A stretch of DNA of 64,000 nt from an uncultured Verrucomicrobiae bacterium (lineage in GTDB: Bacteria; Verrucomicrobiota; Verrucomicrobiia; Chthoniobacterales; UBA10450). The stretch covers positions 1,568,001-1,632,000 of the forward strand of contig CAVWPA010000003.1 of assembly GCA_963756875.1 (NCBI GenBank). Direction: 5' to 3'. The notes under the pieces are model-generated. The model was not told the origin of the DNA. It was given only the letters and a program-made list of their open reading frames with translations, and made no database searches. Below are positions 31,882 through 44,606 of the stretch, one piece after another. Numbering within the stretch: the first letter of the stretch is position 1; each line of letters starts with the position of its first letter. A program made the position numbers and the translations under genes.

Positions 31882-32010
31882 AAACGGGTGGCAGGGCTAA
31901 AATTTTGTTCGCAAGATGGTCTCCGTTACAGCAACTTAGCGCCAAGAATTGAGTTGAATAAGTACAACAAAGGAAATGTCTAACAACCCAAGGAGTAAAT
32001 AAATATATAT

Positions 32011-32892
32011 ATGACCAAAGTAGTTTTAGTTTTCACATGCTGCATCGCGATGGCATCGGCGGTGTTTGCAGATCGGGATCAGCACAAAAAAAAGAATAAG
32101 GACCAGGGACAAGGCCAGGGGCAGGTTCAGGGGCAGGGCCAGGGAAAAGGCCAGGGAAAAGGCCAGGGGCAAAAATTCAAGGGCCGGGGCCAGGGCCAGA
32201 AGTTCAAGGGCCAGGGCCAGGGTCAGGGACAGAAGTTCAAAGGCCAGGGCCAGGGACTAAAGTTCAAGGGCCAGGGTCAGGGAAAAAAGGGAGCTAACGC
32301 CCAGCACGTCGGGAAGCAGAAGGTTTACAAGTCGCAGAACTTTAAGACGGGCCTGCCGGCTGCCCAGAAGAACAAGCAGAAGTTTCAGGCAAACAAGAAG
32401 GTTTACAAAGCGAAACACTTCAATCTGGCAAACAAGGTGAACCACAATATTCCCAGAGTGAAATTCGCGAAGAACTTTCACATCCAGGGCAGCCAGAACT
32501 GGCAGGGCCAGAAGTATGTGGTGTTCCGGAACTATCGGCCCATGTGGCATGATCAGCTTTGGTGGACAGGCCATCACAACCGGATCGTTTTCACGTTTGG
32601 CGGCTGGTATTACTGGAACTCAGGTTACTGGTATCCGGCGTGGGGATATGATCCCGGTGCCGTCTATTATTATGATGGACCGATCTACGCTTCCAATCCG
32701 TCGATGGATCCCGGTCAGGTAGTCGCCAACGTCCAGTCGGCGCTGCAAGAGCAGGGCTATTACCAGGGAGACGTGGATGGAATTCTTGGGCCGCAGACAC
32801 GCGCGGCCCTTGCCGACTATCAACAAAACAACGGGCTTGAGCCTACTGCGGCGGTTGATGAACCGACACTCGATTCGTTGGGCATGGGCTAA
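32011..32892 (+). CDS. Secreted peptidoglycan-binding domain protein with Gly-Gln/Lys repeats (paralogue of the upstream gene)
   Basis: Signal peptide; GQGQ(KFK) repeats; same aromatic core and PG_binding_1-like C-terminus. Confidence 0.85.
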   Translation: MTKVVLVFTCCIAMASAVFADRDQHKKKNKDQGQGQGQVQGQGQGKGQGKGQGQKFKGRGQGQKFKGQGQGQGQKFKGQGQGLKFKGQGQGKKGANAQHVGKQKVYKSQNFKTGLPAAQKNKQKFQANKKVYKAKHFNLANKVNHNIPRVKFAKNFHIQGSQNWQGQKYVVFRNYRPMWHDQLWWTGHHNRIVFTFGGWYYWNSGYWYPAWGYDPGAVYYYDGPIYASNPSMDPGQVVANVQSALQEQGYYQGDVDGILGPQTRAALADYQQNNGLEPTAAVDEPTLDSLGMG

Positions 32893-32910
32893 TGAACTTG
32901 TGATTGTGCG

Positions 32911-32946
32911 AAAGCCGCCCCGAAAGCCTTCGGGGCGGCTTTTTTG
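32911..32946 (+). terminator. Rho-independent terminator
   Basis: aaagccgccccgaa-agcc-ttcggggcggctttttt. Confidence 0.85.
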
Positions 32947-33001
32947 TACGGAGATGTTTCTTTGGGACAAATCTTGCGCGATCCCGATCTTGGCGGAGTA
33001 A

Positions 33002-33670
33002 TTGTTCGTGCAACCGCAATTAGCCGGGCGTGACCTGTTTCAGTCCTTCCGGATGGGCGCGCGACGAATCGAAGTTTTGCGCGGCATCTCGATGGATGTC
33101 GCGCATGGCGAGAGCGTTTTCATTTGCGGGGCGTCCGGCGCCGGAAAGACGACGCTGCTTTACACGCTTGCCGGCTTGGAAGCGCCCCAATCGGGCACGG
33201 TGGAATTCGAGGGCCGAAATCTTTACAAAGGAAGCTCCGGTTCGCAGGCCCGCTTTCGCAACGAGAAGATGGGCTTTGTATTCCAGGGATATTTTTTGCT
33301 GCCAGAGCTTACGGCGCTGGAAAATGTTTCGCTCCCGGGAATGATCGGCCGGAAGTCGAGAATTGAGAATGCTCAAGAGAGCCTGCGTTTGGTGGGATTG
33401 GCGGACCGGATGCAGCATTTGCCCGCGGAGTTGTCCGGCGGCGAGCAACAACGCGTCGCGATTGCCCGCGCGCTGACAAACGATCCGGAAATTATTTTTG
33501 CCGACGAACCGACCGGAAATCTCGATTCAAAAACCGGAGATGCGATTATCGATCTTTTGTTGGACCTCGCGCGGGATCGCAAAAAAACGTTGCTGGTGGT
33601 GACGCACGACACGCGTCTGGCGGCGCGAGGCGACCGGCAGTTGCATATTGCGGACGGCGACTTCGTTTGA
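33002..33670 (+). CDS. ABC transporter ATP-binding protein, LolD-like
   Basis: GASGAGKTT, LSGGEQQRVAIARAL and ADEPTGNLD motifs. Confidence 0.9.
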   Translation: MFVQPQLAGRDLFQSFRMGARRIEVLRGISMDVAHGESVFICGASGAGKTTLLYTLAGLEAPQSGTVEFEGRNLYKGSSGSQARFRNEKMGFVFQGYFLLPELTALENVSLPGMIGRKSRIENAQESLRLVGLADRMQHLPAELSGGEQQRVAIARALTNDPEIIFADEPTGNLDSKTGDAIIDLLLDLARDRKKTLLVVTHDTRLAARGDRQLHIADGDFV

Positions 33671-33757
33671 ACCGATCCTCCTGCGAAAGCCTGGGGGCCG
33701 CCATTTCTTTTTGTCGCTTGAATTGCGCGGGAAACACCGGAGATTTTTCATGTGCCT

Positions 33758-34729
33758 ATGAAAACTGCAACTGCGGACATTGACGAAATGGTGGCGGACG
33801 AATCCAAAACGCGTGATGCAGAGAAGCGCTCACGCGCATCTTCCCCGGCGAAGGAAGCGAAAATCTATATCGACGGGAAATTCTATTCGGAAAAGGAGGC
33901 GAAGATTTCCGTTTACGACCACGGGCTGCTTTATGGCGACGGGATTTTCGAGGGCATTCGCTTTTATAACGGTCGCGTTTTTCGCTTTGAGGAACATATC
34001 GAGCGGCTTTGGGATTCGGCGCGATCGATCTGCCTCGAGATTCCAATGTCGCCCCGTGAAATGAGCGAGGCGGTGCTGGAGACGATCCGGCAGAACGATT
34101 TGCGCGATGGTTACATTCGACTGCTCGTGACTCGCGGGGTCGGCAACCTCGGTTTAAACCCGGCGCAATGTAAACGGCCGAGCGTCATCATCATTGTCGC
34201 GAAAATCGCGCTTTATCCGGAATCGGTTTACCGGAACGGGCTTACAGTGGTCACGTGCGCAACGCGGCGGACGAGCCCCAGTGCGCTGAATCCGGCGGTA
34301 AAATCGCTCAACTATTTGAACAACGTGATGGCGCGAATCGAAGCGAACCTGGCAGGCGCGGATGAAGCGCTGATGCTGAATGAAGCAGGCAACGTGGCGG
34401 AATGCACCGCCGATAATCTTTTCATCATCAAGCACGGCCAGATTTTCACGCCGCCCATTTCGGCCGGCGCCCTGCGCGGGATCACGCGGTCGATCATCCT
34501 TGAAATTGCGGCGGAGCTTGGGATTAAGGCGACTGAAGGCGACATCACACGGCACGATGTTTTCATTGCGGACGAATGTTTTCTCACGGGGACGGCGGCG
34601 GAGGTGATTCCAGTGGTCAAAGCCGACGGACGTCCGATTGGAAATGGAAAACCCGGCCCGATCAGCACGCAGATGATCGCGCGTTTTCGGGAAATGACTC
34701 GTGAGACGGGCACACCGATTTATTCGTAA
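33758..34729 (+). CDS. ilvE: Branched-chain amino acid aminotransferase
   Basis: DHGLLYGDGIFEGIR, KSLNYLNN, LRGITR and FLTGTAAEV motifs. Confidence 0.93.
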   Translation: MKTATADIDEMVADESKTRDAEKRSRASSPAKEAKIYIDGKFYSEKEAKISVYDHGLLYGDGIFEGIRFYNGRVFRFEEHIERLWDSARSICLEIPMSPREMSEAVLETIRQNDLRDGYIRLLVTRGVGNLGLNPAQCKRPSVIIIVAKIALYPESVYRNGLTVVTCATRRTSPSALNPAVKSLNYLNNVMARIEANLAGADEALMLNEAGNVAECTADNLFIIKHGQIFTPPISAGALRGITRSIILEIAAELGIKATEGDITRHDVFIADECFLTGTAAEVIPVVKADGRPIGNGKPGPISTQMIARFREMTRETGTPIYS

Positions 34730-34815
34730 AGGAAGCGGCAACAATTCGGCGCAGAAGGTGCTCGACAAAGAGCAAAGTCTGAATGTTTTGAGGCAATTCG
34801 AAGTCTAATTTAGAG

Positions 34816-35313
34816 ATGCTGTGCGACGTTTGTAAGTGCAATGATGCGACGGTTTTCCTGACCCAGATTGTGGAGGGCAAGATGCAGAAGGTGAATCTCT
34901 GCGACGCTTGCTCGAAAGAAAAAGGGGTGCAGGATCCGACGGGGTTTGCCCTGGCCGACCTGCTGCTCGGTATCGGCGCTGCTGAAGAAATCGAAAAGGG
35001 CGCGCCGATGCAAAAGTGCCCGGTCTGTGGCTTTACGCAGGCAGATTTCAAGAAAACCGGCCGGCTCGGATGCAGCAGCTGCTACGCTACCTTCGCGGAG
35101 GGACTCAATGGTTTGCTCAAGGCAATGCATAAAGGTACCGAGCACGTTGGCAAAGTGCCGATACGCGCGCGGCGCGCCGTCGAGCTAAACGATCGCATGC
35201 GCAGCCTGAACGAGAATCTACAAAAGGCGGTTGCGGAGGAAAATTACGAGACGGCCGCGTCGTTGCGAGACCAGATCAAGCAACTGGAAAGCGAGCTGGC
35301 TGCTTCGCCATGA
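34816..35313 (+). CDS. mcsA: Protein-arginine kinase activator (CxxC motifs plus UVR domain)
   Basis: Four CxxC motifs, GRLGCSSCY and ENYETAASLRDQI. Confidence 0.92.
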   Translation: MLCDVCKCNDATVFLTQIVEGKMQKVNLCDACSKEKGVQDPTGFALADLLLGIGAAEEIEKGAPMQKCPVCGFTQADFKKTGRLGCSSCYATFAEGLNGLLKAMHKGTEHVGKVPIRARRAVELNDRMRSLNENLQKAVAEENYETAASLRDQIKQLESELAASP

Positions 35314-36426
35314 AATTTTCAAACGTCACTTCCAATGCCGGCGAGTGGCTTCGCGGCGAAGGGCCGCATCACCAGATTGTGATCAGTAGCCGGGTGCGGC
35401 TCGCGCGGAATCTGCGTAATCGCGCTTTTCCGGGCTGGGCGAAAAAGGCCGAGCGCACTGCGATTCTGGAGCTGATCAAGGCTCGCGTGGAGGGTCTTCC
35501 CGAGATGCAAGACGCGTTTTCAGAAGTGTTACAGGAACTTTCCCCGCTGGAAAAACAAGTCCTTGTTGAACGGCATCTCATCAGCCGGGAACACGCGGCC
35601 AAAGGTGGAGGCAGTGCCGTGGTGATGAATCGACGCCAGACATTGAGCCTGATGATTAACGAGGAAGATCATCTTCGCATGCAGGCGATCCGCTCCGGGT
35701 TACAGTTGAAGCAGGCCTTTAAACTCGTGGACAAGATCGACACGGCCCTGGAGAACCAGCTGGAATTCGCCTACGATCCGCGGCTTGGATATTTGACCGC
35801 ATGCCCCACAAACGTGGGCACGGGAATGCGCGCTTCCGCCATGTTGCATTTGCCCGGCCTTGTCCTGAGCGAACTGATCAATCAAGTGATCCAGGCGGTG
35901 AGCAAGATCGGCCTCGCGGTTCGCGGCCTTTACGGTGAAGGGACCGAAGCCATGGGCAATCTTTTCCAGATCTCCAATCAAACCACGCTTGGCGACAAAG
36001 AGGAGGACATCATCAACCGGCTTACCAAAGTGGTTGAGACAATCATCGGCAAGGAACATGACGCCCGCCAGGTTTTGATCCAGAAGAAGTCGAGCACGCT
36101 TTCGGACCAGATCGGGCGCGCCTATGGCGTATTGACCTTTGCGCACGCCATGACTTCAAAAGAGGCGCTCAATTTGCTTTCGATCATCAAGCTCGGCGTC
36201 GATTTGGGCGCATTTCCGGAAGACCGGCGTCTGCCTATCGATGAACTGTTCATCGATACGCAGCCTGCGCATCTGCAGAAAAGCTCGCAGCAAAAATTAA
36301 ACGCCGAGGAGCGCGATCATCTTCGCGCCCAAATTATCCGCGAGCGTTTGAAACTCTTCCCTAAACCTGATATTGGTAGACTGGTGACGGAGTCGGGGAA
36401 CGGCTCGACTGCGAAGCCATCGAATA

Positions 36427-36434
<8 letters not shown>
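35310..36434 (+). CDS. mcsB: Protein-arginine kinase
   Basis: ISSRVRLARN, INEEDHLR and GYLTACPTNVGTGMRAS motifs. Confidence 0.95.
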
Positions 36435-38895
<2,461 letters not shown>

Positions 38896-38914
38896 ACGTC
38901 GCCGGAAATCGGAA

Positions 38915-39823
38915 TCAGGCGCGCGGATGCGCCTGAGTGTAGGCTTTCTTCAGGCGCTCGACCGTGACATGCGTGTAAATCTGCGTCGTCGATAAACTGG
39001 CATGGCCGAGCAGGGCCTGCACGCTGCGCAAATCGGCGCCACGGTCGAGCATGTGCGTCGCAAAACTGTGCCTCAACTTGTGAGGACTGATCGAGATCGG
39101 AATCGATGTGTGCCGCAAGTATCGCTTCAAAATGAGCCAGATTGAGCGTGTTGAGATCCGTTTTCGGCGGCTACTAATGAACAGCGGTCCCGCATGGACG
39201 TTCGCGGCTGCGCGGTAGCGCTGGATCGCGTCCAGCGCCGGCGCGCCCACCGGGCAAACGCGCTCTTTTCGGCCCTTGCCAAAAACCCGGACCGACTCCG
39301 TGTAAAGATCGACATCGGCTACATCGAGGGCCGTCAGTTCGCTCAATCGCAGACCGCTCGAGTAAAAGAGCTCCATGATTGCGACGTCTCGCAACGGCAT
39401 CCAAACCGGAGCGGCGCGATTTTTCGGGACCTTCAGCGGAGCAGCCAGCAACTCTTCGATCTGCTGACGAGTGAGGACGAGTGGAAGTTTTTTGCCGGTC
39501 TTCGGCAATTGCACCTCGCGAACCGGATCGTGCCGAAGTTTTTTCCGCTCCATAAGGAATCGGTAAAAACTGCGCAGCGCGGAGAATTGCAATCGAACGT
39601 ACGATCTCGCCTGCTCCCGCTTCATGAGCGCAAACAGATAATTGCGGAAATCGTCCGGCCTGCATTTTTTCCACGGTGTTTTGTTTTGCGCGCGAAAGGC
39701 TGCCAGGGATTCGCGATAGGCTTTCAGCGTGCGCGGCGAGGCGTTCTTTTCGACGGCGAGATGACGCAGGAACTCTTCGGCCAACGGATCGCGATCCGCC
39801 GACGTTCGAGTAGTCCGTGTCAT
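38915..39823 (-). CDS. xerC: Tyrosine recombinase XerC-like
   Basis: YSSGLRLSE, GKGRKER, SPHKLRHSFATH and LLGHASLSTTQIYTHV motifs. Confidence 0.82.
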   Translation of the reverse strand: MTRTTRTSADRDPLAEEFLRHLAVEKNASPRTLKAYRESLAAFRAQNKTPWKKCRPDDFRNYLFALMKREQARSYVRLQFSALRSFYRFLMERKKLRHDPVREVQLPKTGKKLPLVLTRQQIEELLAAPLKVPKNRAAPVWMPLRDVAIMELFYSSGLRLSELTALDVADVDLYTESVRVFGKGRKERVCPVGAPALDAIQRYRAAANVHAGPLFISSRRKRISTRSIWLILKRYLRHTSIPISISPHKLRHSFATHMLDRGADLRSVQALLGHASLSTTQIYTHVTVERLKKAYTQAHPRA

Positions 39824-39827
39824 CGAA

Positions 39828-39955
39828 AATGACGAAGCACCAATGACGAAGGAAGAAGGAATCTCGAAATCCGAATGAGGAAGTGACCCCGATAATGTGG
39901 GCACGCGGCTGGAATTCGTGCTTCAAACTTCGTCATTGATTTGTCATTCGTCATT
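39828..39955. repeat. Inverted pair of 7-mer arrays (AATGACG/CGTCATT type)
   Basis: aatgacgaagcaccaatgacgaa ... ttcgtcattgatttgtcattcgtcatt. Confidence 0.75.
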
Positions 39956-39959
39956 CCTC

Positions 39960-40454
39960 TCACTCCGGCTTCTCGATGGTAAATCGCGTCTGCGCTGCGT
40001 TGGCGGTTCCGCTGATCTGGCTCTTGAAAATCGGCGGTGGATTGGTTGAGAGCAATTCGTAGCCCTTCAACACGAATTCCGGGTAGATGGTATTACTGGC
40101 CGGCTCGTAGACCTTGTCGCCGCTAAAGTGGCCATAAAGTTTGTATTCGTAGTTGTTGTCGGCGCCGAATTTCAGTTCCGCGCGGTCCGGGGCCAGTTTG
40201 TGTTGCTCATTCAACATGACCAGGACGGCGGAGCTCCATGGCTGACCGGGGCGCCGCACGTAGCCCCAAAATTTGAAATCGGGTTTGTAATAACGCCGGC
40301 CGATAAAGTAATCGCCGGGAGGCTCGGCCGCGATCCGTTGCGCCATTTGGTTTCTGGCCTGCTGAATCCCTTGCGGAACGGTCTCGCAGCTTGCCAGGAA
40401 AAAGAGACCGGTCGCTATTTCGACCGCCAAAAAGAACCGAATAACCCGTTTCAT
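39960..40454 (-). CDS. Hypothetical lipoprotein
   Basis: Lipobox FFLASC. Confidence 0.8.
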   Translation of the reverse strand: MKRVIRFFLAVEIATGLFFLASCETVPQGIQQARNQMAQRIAAEPPGDYFIGRRYYKPDFKFWGYVRRPGQPWSSAVLVMLNEQHKLAPDRAELKFGADNNYEYKLYGHFSGDKVYEPASNTIYPEFVLKGYELLSTNPPPIFKSQISGTANAAQTRFTIEKPE

Positions 40455-40616
40455 TTTAAAATTGATAATCCCAAGGATCGACTTCTACTCAGGTCTACGT
40501 TCCGTGCAACAATGAGACAGAGCAAGTTCGAGCGCTAAAACGCGTCCCGCTCCTGGTTATGAGATGCATTCTAAGGCGTTGCATCGTTGCATCGAGTTCG
40601 TAAAGTCCCGCCAACA

Positions 40617-40880
40617 ATGATCGAATTGGAAGTTTACGCGGCGGGGCTGCGCGATCTGAATAAAATCCTGGAACTGGACCACCAGCTCGAGGCCATTGCG
40701 GGGCTTCGCTACAAGGTCGACCGCAATCATGATCTCGTTTATCTGGAGGTTGACGAGCCCACTATCACCCTGCGCGAAATTCGGGCCATCTTTCGCAAGC
40801 TGAACCTCGATCCGCGTTTCATCGGCGCCGTTCCCTCTGAGCTGCGTCCGAAAACAAAAACGCAGCCGCTAAGCGTCTGA
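40617..40880 (+). CDS. Small hypothetical protein
   Basis: 87-aa ORF with protein-like alternating alpha/beta pattern. Confidence 0.7.
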   Translation: MIELEVYAAGLRDLNKILELDHQLEAIAGLRYKVDRNHDLVYLEVDEPTITLREIRAIFRKLNLDPRFIGAVPSELRPKTKTQPLSV

Positions 40881-40976
40881 AGGGAGGACGCGCCATTTTC
40901 GAAAGGGAAAGTGTGATGCGCGATTGGTGAATCGTTGCGGGATTGCTCGCCGTCCGGACACCAATCACCCGAACGA

Positions 40977-41774
40977 ATGATCGTCCGATTGTTCAACTGG
41001 CTGGGGGGAGGGATCCTGTCTGTCTTTCAGTACCTGGGCGAGGTCGTTCTGCTCGCGGCCGACACATTCCGTTCTCTGTTTACGCGCAAACTGCGCTGGA
41101 AATTGTTTCTGACTCAGGTCGTCGAGATTGGATTGCTTTCCCAGGTCGTGGTTGCCATCACCGGTTGCTTTACCGGTGCGGTTTTTGCCGCGCAAAGTTA
41201 TTTCCAATTCAACAAGCTCGGAATGGGATCGGCGGTTGGCGCGCTTGTTTCAGTTTCGCTTTTCCGCGAACTCGGTCCGGTGCTGACCGGACTGATGGTG
41301 ACCGGTCGCGTGGGCGCGGCGATGTCTGCCGAGATCGGCACCATGAAAGTGACCGAGCAAATCGATGCGCTTCGTGCGCTTGCCGTTTATCCGGTTGATT
41401 ATCTGGTCGTGCCGCGCGCGCTGGCCATGATGGTGTCGATGCCGTTGCTGGTGACGGAATGCATCGGTTTCGGAATTGCGGCCGGATATTTCGTCGCGGT
41501 CCATGTTCTTGGGATCAACGGAACCTATTATGTGGCGAACATGGTCCGCTGGACGCACTCGCGGGACATTATCATGGGGCTGAGCAAAGCGGTTTGCTTC
41601 GGGGTGCTCATCGTCTTCATCAGTTGCCACAAAGGCCTTACCGCGCGCGAAGGCGCGGTCGGCGTCGGACGGGCTACTACAGAGGCAGTGGTGAATGGTT
41701 CGTTGGCCATTCTCATTTTCAATTTTTTCATGACCATGTTTCTTAATATTGTTTACCCGGCCGGTTACCAATGA
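40977..41774 (+). CDS. mlaE: MlaE family ABC permease
   Basis: RELGPVLTGLMVTGRVGAAMSAEIGTMKVTEQIDAL. Confidence 0.92.
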   Translation: MIVRLFNWLGGGILSVFQYLGEVVLLAADTFRSLFTRKLRWKLFLTQVVEIGLLSQVVVAITGCFTGAVFAAQSYFQFNKLGMGSAVGALVSVSLFRELGPVLTGLMVTGRVGAAMSAEIGTMKVTEQIDALRALAVYPVDYLVVPRALAMMVSMPLLVTECIGFGIAAGYFVAVHVLGINGTYYVANMVRWTHSRDIIMGLSKAVCFGVLIVFISCHKGLTAREGAVGVGRATTEAVVNGSLAILIFNFFMTMFLNIVYPAGYQ

Positions 41775-41805
41775 GCGGGAAAATCGAACAACGAAATAAC
41801 GGGAT

Positions 41806-42615
41806 ATGATCGAAACTCCAAGAACTGAGGCGGAGTCTCCCCCGGCGAGCAACGGCTCTTCGGCCATGATCGCCGTGCGCCGCCTGATCAAGAAAATTGG
41901 CGGCCAGGAAGTCTTGCGGGCGATCGATCTGGACGTCGCGGTGGGCGAGACCCTTGCGATTATCGGCCGGAGCGGAGGCGGCAAAACTGTGCTGCTCAAA
42001 CACTTGATCGGATTGATGCGGCCGGATGCCGGCGAGATTCGGATCGACGGGCAGGATATCATTGGGCTGAGCGAGCGGGAACTGGCGCCGATCCGTGAAA
42101 AAGTCGGTATCCTTTTCCAGGGGGCGGCGTTGTTCGATTCAATGACCGTGGAGGAAAACATTGCCTTCCCGTTGCGAGAGGCCGGCGAACGCGACCCAAA
42201 CATCATCCGGGAAAAAGTGCGTCAGATGCTCGAAGTGATGGAATTGGAAGGACAGGAGGAAAAAATGCCGGTGAATTTGAGCGGCGGAATGAAGAAGCGG
42301 GTCGGTCTGGCTCGCGCCATTGTTCGGCGCCCATCCTGTATTCTTTACGACGAACCGACTTCGGGGCTCGATCCAGTCGTTTCGGATTCCATCAATCGGT
42401 TGATGCGCCGCCTGCAGCAGCGCTTCGGCGTTACCAGCGTCGTTGTAACACACGACATGAAAAGTGCGTTTCACGTGGCCGATCGCATCGCCTATCTGCA
42501 CGAGGGCCGGATCTATTTCCACGGGACACCGGTCGAACTGCGCGAGTCGCCCGATTCTGTGCTCCAGGATTTCCTGCTAGGCCGTTCCGAGGAACAGTTG
42601 AGAGTTGGGAGCTGA
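41806..42615 (+). CDS. mlaF: MlaF family ABC ATP-binding protein
   Basis: GRSGGGKT, LFQGAALFDS, LSGGMKKRVGLARA and YDEPTSGLDP motifs. Confidence 0.9.
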   Translation: MIETPRTEAESPPASNGSSAMIAVRRLIKKIGGQEVLRAIDLDVAVGETLAIIGRSGGGKTVLLKHLIGLMRPDAGEIRIDGQDIIGLSERELAPIREKVGILFQGAALFDSMTVEENIAFPLREAGERDPNIIREKVRQMLEVMELEGQEEKMPVNLSGGMKKRVGLARAIVRRPSCILYDEPTSGLDPVVSDSINRLMRRLQQRFGVTSVVVTHDMKSAFHVADRIAYLHEGRIYFHGTPVELRESPDSVLQDFLLGRSEEQLRVGS

Positions 42616-42634
42616 CAGTTGACAGTGAGAATCA

Positions 42635-43525
42635 ATGAACCGGCACGAGCGAGGTTTGGAATTTAAAGTCGGCATCTTCGTCTTTGTCGGACTGGCAATC
42701 CTGGCTGCTCTCGTCGTCGAATTCAGCAGGCTGGGCGAAGGCTTCAAGACCTATTATCAGATTACTGTCCAGTTTACCGATGCCAGCGGACTGCTGAAGG
42801 GTTCGGATGTGTTGCTGGCAGGCGCCAAGATTGGTCACGTGTCCGGCGGACCGCACCTGGTGCGCGAAGGTCAGGGCGTAGCGGTGCCCCTGCGTATTTA
42901 TGATTACGTGAAAGTTCCAAAAGACAGCAAGTTTGCGGTGGGAAGTTCCGGCCTGCTCGGCGACCGGTTTGTTAGCGTCACGATGCCGCCCGGGGAACCG
43001 AAGGCGTTTCTGCCTCACGACGCTTACGTGAAGGGCACCCGTGAAACTGGCATTAGCGATCTTACTAAGAAGGGAGGCAATCTCGTCGACGATCTTCGCG
43101 GGACGGTGCAAAAGGTGGATACGACCGTGACGCGGTTGAACGACGACGTTCTTTCGTCCGCAAACACGGAAAATCTGAAACTAAGCATGGAACATTTGAA
43201 CCAGGCCACCGGCGCCCTGGCCGAATCGTCGAAGAAACTGGACAGTGTAATTGGGAAAGCCGATTCCACGATGGATTCCGCAAAGAAAGCGGCGGACGAT
43301 CTGCAGGACGCGATTACCGAGGCGAAAAAGACGATTGAAACCGTCACTCAGGGGAAAGGGGCGCTAGCTGCCCTGCTGACCGACCAGAAGCTGGCGAACG
43401 ATCTTCGGGCTCTAATAAGTAACCTGCGAGCACACGGTGTGCTTTTCTATCGGGATAAGGCACCTGAAAATGCTATGAAACAGCCTGGAAAACCCGCACG
43501 CCAGCCCCGGGGGCGATCTCGATGA
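42635..43525 (+). CDS. MCE/MlaD family substrate-binding protein
   Basis: N-terminal transmembrane helix, FTDASGLLKGSDV, SSGLLGDRFV and a helical C-terminal region. Confidence 0.9.
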   Translation: MNRHERGLEFKVGIFVFVGLAILAALVVEFSRLGEGFKTYYQITVQFTDASGLLKGSDVLLAGAKIGHVSGGPHLVREGQGVAVPLRIYDYVKVPKDSKFAVGSSGLLGDRFVSVTMPPGEPKAFLPHDAYVKGTRETGISDLTKKGGNLVDDLRGTVQKVDTTVTRLNDDVLSSANTENLKLSMEHLNQATGALAESSKKLDSVIGKADSTMDSAKKAADDLQDAITEAKKTIETVTQGKGALAALLTDQKLANDLRALISNLRAHGVLFYRDKAPENAMKQPGKPARQPRGRSR

Positions 43526-44565
43526 CACCGCAATTGACCGTTAATTTACTGCGTACGCTGTTTGTCACGTTTACTGCGACGGTCGGCGCCCTCATTTCGG
43601 GAGAACTGGAGGGCACCCCCTGGCCCGGGGTCGTGCTCGGCCTGCTTCTGGGCCTGATTGTGGTTTTGATCGACCGGTTGCTCAAAGGATTTTCGCTGCG
43701 CCTGTTTTCATCGGCGACTTTTGGGCTTTTGCTTGGACTGATTTTCGCCAATCTGCTGCTGGCTTCGGATGTCCTGCATTATCAGCCGGAGACCGCGCAA
43801 TGGGTGGTTCGGCTTATCGTTTACTGCACGTTTGCTTATCTCGGCATGATGCTGGCGATGCGGAGCAGCCGTGACGAATTCTCGCTGATCATTCCGTATG
43901 TGCGCTTCGCCCGGGAAACGACGCAACATGAACCGCTGGTCCTCGATACCAGCGTCATTATCGACGGCCGGATCGCCGAACTTTGCGCAACCGGTTTTCT
44001 CAGCCAGTCGCTGATTGTGCCGCGATTTATCCTCGGCGAACTGCAAACCCTGGCCGATTCGCGTGATCCGATCAAACGCGAGCGCGGTCGTCGGGGTCTT
44101 GAGATGCTGAACGGTCTCCAGCGTTCACGCGATGTAGAGTTGACGATCCACGAAAGCACAAGCGAGGAAGGCGCTGAAGTGGGTGCGGACGCGCGTCTGG
44201 TGCGTACAGCCAAGGTGTTACAAGCGCGGCTGTTGACGAACGACCATGCGCTTTCGCAGGTAGCACGGCTGCAACAGGTGCCGGTCCTGAATTTGAGCGA
44301 CCTTACACGCGCGCTGCGGCCGTCGGTGGTCGCCGGCGACGAGCTCGAACTGGCGTTGGTAAAGGAGGGCCGCGAACAACATCAGGCGGTCGGGTACCTC
44401 GCAGACGGCACAATGATCGTCGTGAACCATGCGCGGCCTCATGTCGGCAAGACAGTCAAGGTTGCCGTCGCGAGCGCTTTGCAAACCGGCGCCGGCCGGC
44501 TCATTTTCGCCGAGCTCAAAGGCGAACCTTTCGCCCGGCCCGTTCTCGCGCGGCAGTCAGCCTGA
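43522..44565 (+). CDS. Membrane PIN/TRAM domain protein (YacL-like)
   Basis: LDTSVIIDGRI, RGRRGLE, LLTND, GYLADGTMIVV and LQTGAGRLIFA motifs. Confidence 0.92.
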   Translation: MTPQLTVNLLRTLFVTFTATVGALISGELEGTPWPGVVLGLLLGLIVVLIDRLLKGFSLRLFSSATFGLLLGLIFANLLLASDVLHYQPETAQWVVRLIVYCTFAYLGMMLAMRSSRDEFSLIIPYVRFARETTQHEPLVLDTSVIIDGRIAELCATGFLSQSLIVPRFILGELQTLADSRDPIKRERGRRGLEMLNGLQRSRDVELTIHESTSEEGAEVGADARLVRTAKVLQARLLTNDHALSQVARLQQVPVLNLSDLTRALRPSVVAGDELELALVKEGREQHQAVGYLADGTMIVVNHARPHVGKTVKVAVASALQTGAGRLIFAELKGEPFARPVLARQSA

Positions 44566-44606
44566 TTCCGGAACCACGCGCGTTCCGCCTTCCGCCGGGC
44601 GAGTCG

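Noticed and set aside
38915..39823. Prophage or island integrase
   Set aside because: About 300-aa XerC-like recombinase in a housekeeping context, with no phage genes or att sites.
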